Shown: piece after piece, positions 63,668 to 64,000 of the stretch
Position numbering within the stretch: the first letter of the stretch is position 1
How the letters are laid out: each line of letters opens with the position of its first letter
Origin: Steroidobacteraceae bacterium
Lineage (GTDB): Bacteria; Pseudomonadota; Gammaproteobacteria; Steroidobacterales; Steroidobacteraceae
DNA length: 64,000 nt
Direction: 5' to 3'
NCBI GenBank assembly: GCA_044226195.1
Contig: JBGAHO010000013.1
Coordinates: 16,465 to 80,464 of the forward strand
Position numbers and translations under genes: made by a program
Notes under the pieces: model-generated
Databases searched by the model: none
What the model saw: only the letters and a program-made list of their open reading frames with translations
What the model was told of the DNA's origin: nothing

Positions 63668-64000
63668 CTAGCCAAATCTCTCCGGAGCCAGGGCCTCGAT
63701 TGGGCAGGGAAGTATCGCTCCGGACAGGAGGTCCGCCAAGATTCGCCCCGTGGCTGGAGCCGGCGAGAGACCGAGCATGGCATGTCCGGTCGCGGCGATT
63801 GCGGCGTCGATGCGACGGTGGATGCCGCCGATCTCCATCGTTCCGCCAACGCGGACGCCCTCCGCCAAGGGTGCCACCGCGACCCGGGCCTCGACCAGGA
63901 TACCGCCGGTCGCAGGTCTGACCGGAGGGCTCGTGACGACGACGCCATCGCCCGTGATGAGCAGCAGCGACAGGGCGCCGCAGGCGAGGGATGCGCCGGG
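63668..64000 (-). CDS. FAD-dependent oxidoreductase (DadA/DAO-like), C-terminal fragment; 5' end off the window
   Basis: The frame is open from base 64000: ...GDGVVVTSPPVRPATGGILVEARVAVAPLAEGVRVGGTMEIGG...GHAMLGLSPAPATGRILADLLSG. The GH..G...AP.TG tail is typical of the DAO family. The stretch between GTMEIGG and TGH looks short compared with what I recall of DadA. Confidence 0.5.
   Translation of the reverse strand, partial: PGASLACGALSLLLITGDGVVVTSPPVRPATGGILVEARVAVAPLAEGVRVGGTMEIGGIHRRIDAAIAATGHAMLGLSPAPATGRILADLLSGAILPCPIEALAPERFG

Overview
Origin-proximal chromosomal segment of a visibly GC-rich proteobacterium (gamma/beta-like gene content). All calls come from reading the translations and the DNA by eye; no database search was run. 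Layout: (1) 1-12.8 kb, minus strand: partial SDR, glmU, a higBA toxin-antitoxin cassette wedged between glmU and atpC, the full atpIBEFHAGDC operon, parB-parA and rsmG. (2) 12.8-36.6 kb: a 17-gene block between rsmG and mnmG, which are usually neighbours. It holds an ABC ATPase plus an ABC-2 permease fused to an M1 zinc peptidase, an orphan PAS histidine kinase, the methylcitrate operon prpB-prpC-acnD-prpF with a divergent XRE-type regulator, a CBS protein, cysD-cysNC, acuI-like reductase, an MBL hydrolase, dihaem cytochrome c4, SIMPL, NfeD-like and an orphan peptide-binding protein. (3) 36.6-48.5 kb: mnmG with an apparent out-of-frame internal deletion, a DUF4157 mini-protein, wax-ester synthase, S10 and S41 peptidases, an SDR, then mnmE-yidC-yidD-rnpA-rpmH. 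(4) From 48.6 kb the strand switches: dnaA-dnaN-recF-gyrB, with two parS sites inside recF. Then a secreted hypothetical, an AraC regulator, an M13 peptidase plus a ClpP-fold protein, putA and a partial FAD oxidoreductase. No rRNA, tRNA, CRISPR, transposase or integrase was recognised, and I found no clear novel multi-gene system. The least expected signal is a family of perfect REPIN-like inverted repeats (GGGGACATTCCTCTTTTT / AAAAAGAGGAATGTCCCC) at six intergenic sites. Their ends supply the TAG stop or ATG start codons of neighbouring genes. Other points: the mnmG frameshift, a 100-bp tandem repeat that duplicates a gene 3' end, a G-run tract upstream of atpI, and no obvious oriC despite all the classic oriC neighbours being present.
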